DNA of 64,000 nt from a virus, in IMG/VR virus record IMGVR_UViG_3300009701_000004, positions 1-64,000 of that record; one strand, given 5' to 3'. Below the pieces are notes generated by a model that was not told the origin of the DNA, did no database searches, and saw nothing but the letters and a program-made list of their open reading frames with translations. Below are positions 1 through 7,545 of the stretch, one piece after another (within the stretch, counting starts at the first letter, position 1; each line of letters opens with the position of its first letter). A program made the translations under genes and the position numbers.

Positions 1-291
1 CCTCTTTCCTTAATATAATCAAGCACTTAAGCCAGTTTTCGTTTTTGGACAAAACAGGACAAATGAGCTAAGTCTTTGATTTATAAGGATATTTTGATTT
101 TGGAGATTGGACAGGGAAATGCCATTTGTCCGATTTTTGTATCTCGGCGGGGGATTTGGTCTGAGGTATGGATGGCCTCCTGACCTCTTAAACGGGCTCA
201 GGAGAGGCTTTTGAGGGGTGGGTAATACAAGGGTGGCCAGACACCTATAAAAACGCTCCTAGGGCCCCCTATTCAATTCTTCGAAAATCCG

Positions 292-300
292 TGGTATAAG
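292..300 (+). promoter_or_regulatory. TGGTATAAG promoter motif (accessory/early class) heading the RT operon
   Basis: The same 9-mer or a one-mismatch variant occurs at 13 other intergenic sites, each oriented toward accessory ORFs or the candidate ncRNA. Confidence 0.75.
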
Positions 301-369
301 ATAGTTGCAAAATTCTTATCTTTTTCGTTTAAATCAAATCACAAAGAAATTATAAAAAGAACAATAAGA

Positions 370-507
370 ATGACTAAGATTTTGAATATCATCAAATTAT
401 GCTTGGATTTAGGAATTACCGCTATCGATATGATTTGCAATTTTATAAAGATTTATCGGGAAACTATCGCCGAATTTTTTAAGGGGCGGGGATTGCGGCA
501 AGCTTAA
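370..507 (+). CDS. small 45-aa ORF (MTKILNIIKLCLDLGITAIDMICNFIKIYRETIAEFFKGRGLRQA), first in the RT operon; may be non-coding
   Basis: Hand-translated ATG370 to TAA507 downstream of the promoter; no clear Shine-Dalgarno (SD). Confidence 0.35.
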   Translation: MTKILNIIKLCLDLGITAIDMICNFIKIYRETIAEFFKGRGLRQA

Positions 508-563
508 TTTTTTATTAATAGATTAACAGGGTAGTCAAGTTACTGACTGCAATAAGGAGTTGA

Positions 564-1091
564 ATGAGTACACGAGTAATAGAACCTAAATTCTCCTCTC
601 CCACTTTTCGATTAAAACCCAGTACTTACGTAGTAACCAATGGTCAAATTTTTAGTTACTACGCAATCAAAATTGAAGATGAAACTACGGAAGCACCTAT
701 TTTCAGATTCAAGCAGTCACCTCCAGTAATACGAGATGGAGTAGTTGCTATAAAGAAAAAACTTTACTTTGTAACAACCAAAGATTTGGTGCGGGGTATT
801 GTTAGAAAATCAAGAGAAATAGGATTAGAGGAGTTAACCGGTAATGACAGAACAGCAATCACTGAGCAATCCAATCGAGTATCTTCATCAGAAAATGGGG
901 ACTCTAGCGGAACAGCCCTTCCAAGTGAAGACCAATCAGGAGCTAGCGAGTTTGCTACGTTGGAAATCAACGAAGCTAATGACTCTCTTGAGCCTGAACA
1001 AGTCCGAGCATTACACGACCTTGTACTTAAAGAAGAAGGCAAGGCCTGGGGCGAATGGGCAGAGGAGTGGGAAATTTCGGATCATCCATAA
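564..1091 (+). CDS. hypothetical protein, RT partner ORF overlapping the RT 5' end by 248 nt
   Basis: SD TAAGGAG before ATG564; basic N-half and acidic, Trp-containing C-half. Confidence 0.65.
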   Translation: MSTRVIEPKFSSPTFRLKPSTYVVTNGQIFSYYAIKIEDETTEAPIFRFKQSPPVIRDGVVAIKKKLYFVTTKDLVRGIVRKSREIGLEELTGNDRTAITEQSNRVSSSENGDSSGTALPSEDQSGASEFATLEINEANDSLEPEQVRALHDLVLKEEGKAWGEWAEEWEISDHP

Positions 1092-1971
1092 CCCCGATAA
1101 CTTAATGCGGATAATGCAGAGACGTATTCTAGGAGCTATCCTTAACAAAGTAGAGGTCCCGGACTACATCCATGCATTTGAAAAAGATCGTAGCATCCCC
1201 GAAATGGCTGCACAGCATATTAACAAATTTGTTGTAATCAGCTTAGATCTTAAAGATTACTTCGGAAGCATTAAACAATCTCATTTGAATGTAATGTTTA
1301 ACAGGTTGGGGTTTTCAGATGGGGCTGCCACGACATTATCGGAAGTCTGTACCTATAAGTCATTTGTACCTCAAGGGGCTTTAACGAGTCCTAAGATAAG
1401 TAACATCATCACCATGCTAACATTCGGCCCGAAGGTAAAAGAGTTCTGTGATGCTCACGGACTAACTCTGACAATCTTTGCCGATGACATCACTATATCC
1501 AGTACTCGAAAACTCACAGGTGAAAACGGAACTTTATCCGTTACTCAGGTTATTCAAACTATAAAAGGATATCTAGAAGAGTTCAGATTCAAGTTAAATC
1601 GGGAAAAAATTAAAGTGATGAGCAACTATCAACGGCAATATGTTTGTGGGGCCGTTGTTAATCAAAAAGTTAATTTGCAAAAAACTGAACGTAATAAACT
1701 CAGAGCCATAGTTCACAATTGCCGCAAAAATGGCATAGAAGCTGAAGCTGTTAAAAGTGGTATGACCACATCAGAATTCAGCTCCAAAATTATGGGGCAT
1801 CTTAACTGGTACTCGCAGCTTAACCCAACTGCGGGCAACATTGAAAAAGCAAAGTTTAAGGAAGTCGCTGTGGAGCTTTGCCAACCCAGCGCAGATCAAG
1901 TAGTTCCAGGAGTTATCAATTTGGAGGGGGTAGCTAGTCAACCCAAATCTCCAGAAGTAGCTCCCTGGTAA
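844..1971 (+). CDS. retron-like reverse transcriptase
   Basis: Motifs KFRIIHNP, IHAF, MAAQH (retron region X NAxxH), LDLKDYFGSI, PQGALTSPKISN, catalytic FADD and VCGAVVN (retron region Y VTG); SD GAGGAG at 828-833. Confidence 0.92.
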   Translation: MTEQQSLSNPIEYLHQKMGTLAEQPFQVKTNQELASLLRWKSTKLMTLLSLNKSEHYTTLYLKKKARPGANGQRSGKFRIIHNPDNLMRIMQRRILGAILNKVEVPDYIHAFEKDRSIPEMAAQHINKFVVISLDLKDYFGSIKQSHLNVMFNRLGFSDGAATTLSEVCTYKSFVPQGALTSPKISNIITMLTFGPKVKEFCDAHGLTLTIFADDITISSTRKLTGENGTLSVTQVIQTIKGYLEEFRFKLNREKIKVMSNYQRQYVCGAVVNQKVNLQKTERNKLRAIVHNCRKNGIEAEAVKSGMTTSEFSSKIMGHLNWYSQLNPTAGNIEKAKFKEVAVELCQPSADQVVPGVINLEGVASQPKSPEVAPW

Positions 1972-2045
1972 TCTGCTAAACGGGCTGAAAAGATAAGTCT
2001 TAACCTTTAGGTACACACAACGATTTGAGCCTAAAGGCATTACTC

Positions 2046-2075
2046 AGACGGGTTTAACACCACCCGTCTTTTTTA
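2046..2075 (+). terminator. intrinsic terminator of the RT operon
   Basis: AGACGGGT/ACCCGTCT stem followed by a T tract. Confidence 0.8.
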
Positions 2076-2158
2076 GCTTTTTCAAGTTAAGGCTCAAAAA
2101 TTGGTATAAGTATATTGAAGTAAAAAACACTTTAAAAATTTACTACTGGGAGCATCAA

Positions 2159-2698
2159 ATGACTACTCGAAAAACCTCACAAAAGTTTATCAACCGTATC
2201 ACCTTGGATTCGTTTAAATACTTGAATACTGTGGACTTTGGCCGTTTGCGTAAAATTCATCAACGTAGCAACCAAGATATTTTACATATTGTTAATCTTT
2301 CGAAACATCGGCAAAAATATATTCAGGCAGCCGCAGAAAGGGCTAGGAAATTACATGAAACTTCAATGAATATTATAGGGACTGATAGAGAAGTACTTGA
2401 GATCATGGGTCCTATAGACTTTAGAGACCCCGTTAAAGCACAAGAAATGTTTGGTATAATGGATTTAAGGGAGGCTCATGAGTCAAATATAAAATGGGCA
2501 GAAGCGCAGTTGGAAAAGTACAAACAGGAGTTCGATTCTTTACAATTCATCGAACCTCTTCTGACCGAGTACATCAGCCGTCGCCGGAAATTTGCTGAGA
2601 AATTCAACAGCTTAAATGCTTTCCCAAGCTCTAAAGTTCAAGTGTACCGTCCTTTGCATGTAGTTGAAACATCCCTTGTTTCAGTAAGGATTCACTAA
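2159..2698 (+). CDS. hypothetical helical/coiled-coil protein
   Basis: TGGTATAAG at 2102-2110; leader GGGAGCATCAAATG. Confidence 0.8.
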   Translation: MTTRKTSQKFINRITLDSFKYLNTVDFGRLRKIHQRSNQDILHIVNLSKHRQKYIQAAAERARKLHETSMNIIGTDREVLEIMGPIDFRDPVKAQEMFGIMDLREAHESNIKWAEAQLEKYKQEFDSLQFIEPLLTEYISRRRKFAEKFNSLNAFPSSKVQVYRPLHVVETSLVSVRIH

Positions 2699-2727
2699 AA
2701 TACAGGGTCGTATTGACCCTGTATTTT
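2697..2727. terminator. hairpin terminator
   Basis: AAAATACAGGGTC/GACCCTGTATTTT perfect inverted repeat. Confidence 0.7.
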
Positions 2728-2775
2728 TGGTATAAGAAAAGTACAATAACTTAACCTTTTTACCGGGAGCATCAA

Positions 2776-3195
2776 ATGGTTTCAAAGTCTACACTAAGCT
2801 ATGATCAATTCGTATCCGCGGCAACAATCCAAACTCTCAAAGCCCGGATTGTAATAGAAGAAATGGCTCTTCAACTTTTATGTGATCATGCTGCAGAAGC
2901 CCTTCGGGAAGAAAGTGAATACCTTCTCTGGGTTGCTAAGATTGAGCTTTCAGGAATGGCGGTATCTGATAACCAAGCCGATGATATTTTTGCAAAAATG
3001 GAATCGCATCGTAAACACGTTTTGAATATCCAAAAACAGATAGAATCTCACAAAGCAATGCTGGGTTTTTACGAAGATTCCTTGAAGCGACAAGAAATTC
3101 TTGTAAGGGCTCGCAACTCGGTATCCTTGGAAGAAACCCATCGAACCTGCCAAGTCGAAATTGTTAGAATCGCAACCTTTACTATTGGAGTGTAG
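2776..3195 (+). CDS. hypothetical coiled-coil protein
   Basis: TGGTATAAG at 2728-2736; same leader GGGAGCATCAAATG as the previous gene. Confidence 0.8.
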   Translation: MVSKSTLSYDQFVSAATIQTLKARIVIEEMALQLLCDHAAEALREESEYLLWVAKIELSGMAVSDNQADDIFAKMESHRKHVLNIQKQIESHKAMLGFYEDSLKRQEILVRARNSVSLEETHRTCQVEIVRIATFTIGV

Positions 3196-3199
3196 AAAT

Positions 3200-3478
3200 A
3201 TGTTGGATTTATCTAGTGACCAAGTATGTTTGCAACCGGGAGCAATCGTAGGTCAAGATTGCATCTGCCCTGATGGTGCAGGGGTAATTGAAAAAGTTAT
3301 TGACGACGGCAGGGAATTAGTAGTTAAGTTGAAGATCCCGCGCAAATACGGAGCCTTCAAAAATTCTCAGTCGAAGGTGGTTCAGGTAAGAAGCGAGACT
3401 TGGTCTACCTGGACGGGTCCTGTAGCAGATATCAAGGTTCAACCTCCGCGTCAATCGTGGGGATTGGAACTAGGTTAA
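3200..3478 (+). CDS. hypothetical protein (start moved to ATG3200)
   Basis: SD GGAG upstream; followed by a terminator. Confidence 0.65.
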   Translation: MLDLSSDQVCLQPGAIVGQDCICPDGAGVIEKVIDDGRELVVKLKIPRKYGAFKNSQSKVVQVRSETWSTWTGPVADIKVQPPRQSWGLELG

Positions 3479-3512
3479 GAAGAAAAGGTCCTTCCCCGGA
3501 CCTTTTCTTTTT
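3479..3512. terminator. bidirectional terminator
   Basis: AGAAAAGGTCC/GGACCTTTTCT inverted repeat between convergent genes. Confidence 0.8.
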
Positions 3513-3514
3513 AC

Positions 3515-4729
3515 TTACCCAAACTGAGGGCCTGAGGCAGTGACGTTAACGAAGTGCCCTCCAAAAGTGCAACTCACTCCTGCGCTGTTCAGAGTAACCT
3601 GCGCTGATCCGAAAGAGATTACAACTGAGGAGGAACTCATGTTAATTTCTCCAGAGCCCATGACTGCTTGAATACCTGAAGAGTTCATATTGAAAGTAGG
3701 GTTACCCTCAAACGATAGATTAATCTGGTTGGCGTTAATAGTCTCCGTATTGGTACCATTGTAGGTAATGGTAACCTGAGCAGGAGTTTGTGTTGAGGAG
3801 GTATAGGGGTTGATTGTGGAAGGCGGAGACGCACCATTCATAGTTCCTGCAGTAATATTGGTTTCACCATAAGTTTGATCAATCATAGTATAACCGGTCT
3901 GAGGAACATTGAAGACTTGTTGTTTAACCTCCCCCGTCAAATGAACTTCCCTAGTCATTAGATTAACCCCAGCACCACCATTTTCATTGACTACCGATTC
4001 CTTCTTTATCCTATCGTCCGGCGTAGGATTACCCGGTTCAATGTAGTTTGCTTGAGCAGTTTCTGCTTGGGCAACATCCCCCCAATATTCGTTGTATAGG
4101 TAATTTTCAATATGGGAATTGGCAAAGTTTTGAGCGTATCCCGTGTACCGGTACAATCTGCCACCAAGATTTTTGATAGTGTCAGAATGTAAATCCGTGA
4201 AATGCTCCCAGTTGCGAGATACAACTTTTACTACGTCATCGTATTTGCTTATGAAGATTTGAGCAAGACGACTACTTCTCAATAGCAAGGACCCACCCCT
4301 TAGAATTGCCAGCATTCCTCCACCAACGTTAGTGAATATACGATCTCCTTGAACCATATCTGGGGGTGAAGAGGTATCTGGGAGGGTGGAATCCCCTCCA
4401 GGAGAAAAACTTCCAGTATCTACTAGCTGATTACCAGTATTGATGGATTGAGGGTATACGTTATTAGAGGTTTGTAATCTGGGTAAAAATCCTATAATTA
4501 CAGGAAACCCCAAGGAACTATTAACTATTACCCTATCCCCCATTACAGGCGAACTCCTATCCCCGCTTCTGCTGGCACCTCCAGGACCCCCTAAAACGTA
4601 TTGAACGTTTGTTAGATTTTGCCCTGAAAGGGTTTTAATTTTGCAAAGCTTACGTACGGTATCAACTTCGGTAATAGTACCCTCATCGAAGTTGTAATCC
4701 GTTTTTGATTGCGTTCTGAACATTGTCAT
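3515..4729 (-). CDS. baseplate central spike protein (gp5/gpV/VgrG-like)
   Basis: N-terminal OB-like region (EGTITEVD...PVMGDRVIV...PVIIGFLP) and C-terminal short beta-strand repeats; TAAAATA at 4764-4770. Confidence 0.7.
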   Translation of the reverse strand: MTMFRTQSKTDYNFDEGTITEVDTVRKLCKIKTLSGQNLTNVQYVLGGPGGASRSGDRSSPVMGDRVIVNSSLGFPVIIGFLPRLQTSNNVYPQSINTGNQLVDTGSFSPGGDSTLPDTSSPPDMVQGDRIFTNVGGGMLAILRGGSLLLRSSRLAQIFISKYDDVVKVVSRNWEHFTDLHSDTIKNLGGRLYRYTGYAQNFANSHIENYLYNEYWGDVAQAETAQANYIEPGNPTPDDRIKKESVVNENGGAGVNLMTREVHLTGEVKQQVFNVPQTGYTMIDQTYGETNITAGTMNGASPPSTINPYTSSTQTPAQVTITYNGTNTETINANQINLSFEGNPTFNMNSSGIQAVMGSGEINMSSSSVVISFGSAQVTLNSAGVSCTFGGHFVNVTASGPQFG

Positions 4730-4784
4730 AGTATAGTTTCAAATCCTCTTTTCAATTATAGCATATTTTAAGAAAGCTAAATTT

Positions 4785-5579
4785 ATGAAGATTCAAATTA
4801 AGTCCGACCTCCATACTGAATTCAACGGCGGTAACCACGATCCTAAACATCCCAAGCATTACATTCATCCCGACGCCAAAGTTATAGTTCTAGCGGGTGA
4901 CATCGCAGTAAGAGATTCAGAGATTGAATTTATTAAAGATCACTATGGTGAAAGTGAGAGAATGGTATTATACGTTCCCGGTAACCATGAGTTTTACCAT
5001 AATGACTTTGATACTCGTGCTAATCAAATTAAGGAGATATTACGTCACTCTAATATATATTTTCTCAATACTGATTGGATTGAATGGGAAAAACCTTCCT
5101 CTGGGCAAAAAGTTCTTTTCCTAGGAGCGACTTTGTGGACCGATCTCTCTCATCCCTTTGATAATATGATAGCTTTAACCGGCATGTCTGACTTTAATAA
5201 AAACATTGTGTTTAATAGTCATCCTGATAAATGGACTGAAAGGAATAAAAGGGATAGGGAGTATTTGAAAGATATACTTTCTAATTCTGAGAATGATACT
5301 AAAAAAGTAGTCATTAGCCATCACTTGCCCTTGGCTAGATCTATCAATGAGCGGTATGAAGGGGACCCTCTTAACTGTTGCTACGTTTCCTATTGTGCCG
5401 AGCTTTTCAACAATGACTGGTCCCCAGATTTGTGGATCCACGGCCATACTCATAATTCATGTGATTATGTAGAAGGGAAGACGAGAGTAGTTTGTAACCC
5501 TTACGGATATGATGGAAGTAACGGGGAGATTTTCGATGTAAATCCTGAGTTTAAACATGATTTACTAATAGAGATATAA
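4785..5579 (+). CDS. calcineurin-like metallophosphoesterase
   Basis: Motifs SDLH, LAGDI, VPGNHEFY, SHHLP, WIHGHTH. Confidence 0.92.
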   Translation: MKIQIKSDLHTEFNGGNHDPKHPKHYIHPDAKVIVLAGDIAVRDSEIEFIKDHYGESERMVLYVPGNHEFYHNDFDTRANQIKEILRHSNIYFLNTDWIEWEKPSSGQKVLFLGATLWTDLSHPFDNMIALTGMSDFNKNIVFNSHPDKWTERNKRDREYLKDILSNSENDTKKVVISHHLPLARSINERYEGDPLNCCYVSYCAELFNNDWSPDLWIHGHTHNSCDYVEGKTRVVCNPYGYDGSNGEIFDVNPEFKHDLLIEI

Positions 5580-5581
5580 TG

Positions 5582-5609
5582 AAAAAGCCCGGCTTTTAGC
5601 CGGGCGTTT
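5582..5609. terminator. terminator hairpin (T tract on the minus strand)
   Basis: GCCCGGCT/AGCCGGGC stem with a 5' A run. Confidence 0.7.
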
Positions 5610-5825
5610 ACCTGAAACATCATGGAATTTGAGTGATTGTTTTCTAAGGATTTCAAAATGTATTTTAACACGAAAAACCTGAATAGACCAGACTTTCTTT
5701 TTTTAGCTTAAATACATTACATCTATAACAAATCCTTTTCCTACTCCAACAAAGTCAAATTATTTGGTATAAGAATTTTAGATACGTTAATTACACGTGA
5801 TCTATTTTATAGGAAAAATTTAATC

Positions 5826-6755
5826 GTGAACAAAATTGTAGAAGTAAAAGGGTATTTGACTGAAAGTAAACTGGGAGATACTCTCCGGGAAATTTTCGGG
5901 GAAAATAATGTCATATCTCAGGTATCCGTAAAAGGCACTAAATTACGTATAGATTTCAAAGTTATCTATGATAATAAAGAACTATATGTAGAGTTTAACG
6001 GGGATTCTCATTATAGAGATGTTGAAGTAATACGTAGAGATTTTGAAAAAACTAAAACTTTCCCCAATCTTGTTAGCATACCTTATTGGGTACAATTAGA
6101 CGCCTTAACTTTTAAATACTATTTCGGGCATCTATTCAACAACGATATTGATTTAAATTGCATTATAAAAACAGATTTTCCTCACGGTTTTATATCTGAA
6201 AAATGTGTACTTCCTTCCTATTTTTGTGAATTGGGCATAAGCCGGTTTTTATCAGAATTTAATAATTTGCCAAAAGAAATATCTGACGCAGTAGGTAAAT
6301 CTTTAGGGATAAAGGTTAAGAGTAGTGGGGGTAGAATACACGAAGTAATGCCCTACATTTTGGCAAAAACATATTTCAAAGTGGATGAGTCTACTTATTA
6401 TAATGGGTATAGACAAGTAACAAGGAGGGGTATCCATGCAGATGCAGAATCTGCTAAGGAATTAGAAATTGAAGTTTTGGACCTCATTCACCATGCGTAT
6501 GATGAACTTTTCCCGATAAAAGGCATTAGTAATTTAAACGAGATTTTGAATAAGCATTTTAATCTAGATATCAAATACAATGAAAACGGAGATATTTCAG
6601 ATATATGCTTAATCGATAACTATCATTCAACTGATAACACTTATCTACTATTAGAGGTACTATTACCTTATTGCGATGAACATTCCTTTATACAAATCGA
6701 AACTTTGAATAGGAATAAAATTCATTATTTCGATAAGAATACTGTAATGATGTAA
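5826..6755 (+). CDS. putative PD-(D/E)XK (Vsr/DUF559-like) endonuclease with an extra C-terminal region
   Basis: E...LRIDF...YVEFNGDSHY motif; TGGTATAAG at 5765-5773. Confidence 0.65.
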   Translation: MNKIVEVKGYLTESKLGDTLREIFGENNVISQVSVKGTKLRIDFKVIYDNKELYVEFNGDSHYRDVEVIRRDFEKTKTFPNLVSIPYWVQLDALTFKYYFGHLFNNDIDLNCIIKTDFPHGFISEKCVLPSYFCELGISRFLSEFNNLPKEISDAVGKSLGIKVKSSGGRIHEVMPYILAKTYFKVDESTYYNGYRQVTRRGIHADAESAKELEIEVLDLIHHAYDELFPIKGISNLNEILNKHFNLDIKYNENGDISDICLIDNYHSTDNTYLLLEVLLPYCDEHSFIQIETLNRNKIHYFDKNTVMM

Positions 6756-6767
6756 TAAGGGGGTATG

Positions 6768-6799
6768 AAAAAGCCTGGTTTTATCCAGGCTTTCTTTTT
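6768..6799. terminator. bidirectional terminator
   Basis: AAAGCCTGG/CCAGGCTTT between convergent genes. Confidence 0.75.
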
Positions 6800-7475
6800 A
6801 GCTACTAAAAGCAACCGGCACACAACGGTCGTACTGTAATTGCACGTTCTCTGCGATTACTGGCTGCGCGGAGGCTACCTGAAAGCTGTATCCGTCAAAA
6901 ACGCAGTATTCCAAATAGATACAGGCCAAGGGAGTGCCTAGACCATCCCCGGTTGGAGCCGTACCGCGAGTCTTGAATACCAACATCAAACCGAATGGAA
7001 CTGAAAAATACTCCGAATCCAAGTTCATCATGATGTTAGAACCATTAGCACTTGGGGCCGAAGCACCAGTATCATCCATGGCAGGGCGATATGCCGACCT
7101 AGAAAGTGCTGCAAGAATATTAGCTTGATCTGCCAATAATTTCTGCATGCTAATCGTAGGAGCAGTCTTGCCCCGTGTGAAATAGCTACGGTTAGAACCA
7201 ATTTCGAACAAACGCATCAACTGAGCATTTTGTTGATGTGCAATATTATCAACCAATCCAATGGGGATTAAATCAGTCGAAGTGTCTGTAATACCTGTAA
7301 AACGAGCAGGCCCTGCAAACAACATTGTTGTATCGGGGCTCGCAGAGAATTGACTAAATCGTTCAAGGCCATCAGAATTCAAGCTATCTACATAGCTACC
7401 CTTCCAGTCCCATCCTACACTATAGCCTGCGTTTACAACGGTACCTAGAACGTCATTTGTAGCAGTAGCTGTCAT
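6798..7475 (-). CDS. putative tail tube protein
   Basis: Directly downstream of the sheath gene; 225 aa, beta-rich, RLFEIGS and IAENVQLQY tube-like segments. Confidence 0.65.
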   Translation of the reverse strand: MTATATNDVLGTVVNAGYSVGWDWKGSYVDSLNSDGLERFSQFSASPDTTMLFAGPARFTGITDTSTDLIPIGLVDNIAHQQNAQLMRLFEIGSNRSYFTRGKTAPTISMQKLLADQANILAALSRSAYRPAMDDTGASAPSANGSNIMMNLDSEYFSVPFGLMLVFKTRGTAPTGDGLGTPLACIYLEYCVFDGYSFQVASAQPVIAENVQLQYDRCVPVAFSS

Positions 7476-7545
7476 ATTAATAATTTCCTTTTAATCTTTA
7501 TCTGTTATTTTAACCAAATGTAGGGACCACAGAGGCCCCTACCTA

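Noticed and set aside
844-1971. RT as part of a diversity-generating retroelement targeting fibres or the paralogue array
   Set aside because: The motifs are retron-type (PQGAxTSP, regions X and Y). No template/variable repeat pair differing only at adenines was seen, and the Mtd_N-like motif at 47685 is not the variable lectin domain.
844-1971. Group II intron
   Set aside because: No maturase or endonuclease extension, no interrupted host gene and no domain V-like 3' structure; the unit has its own promoter and terminator.
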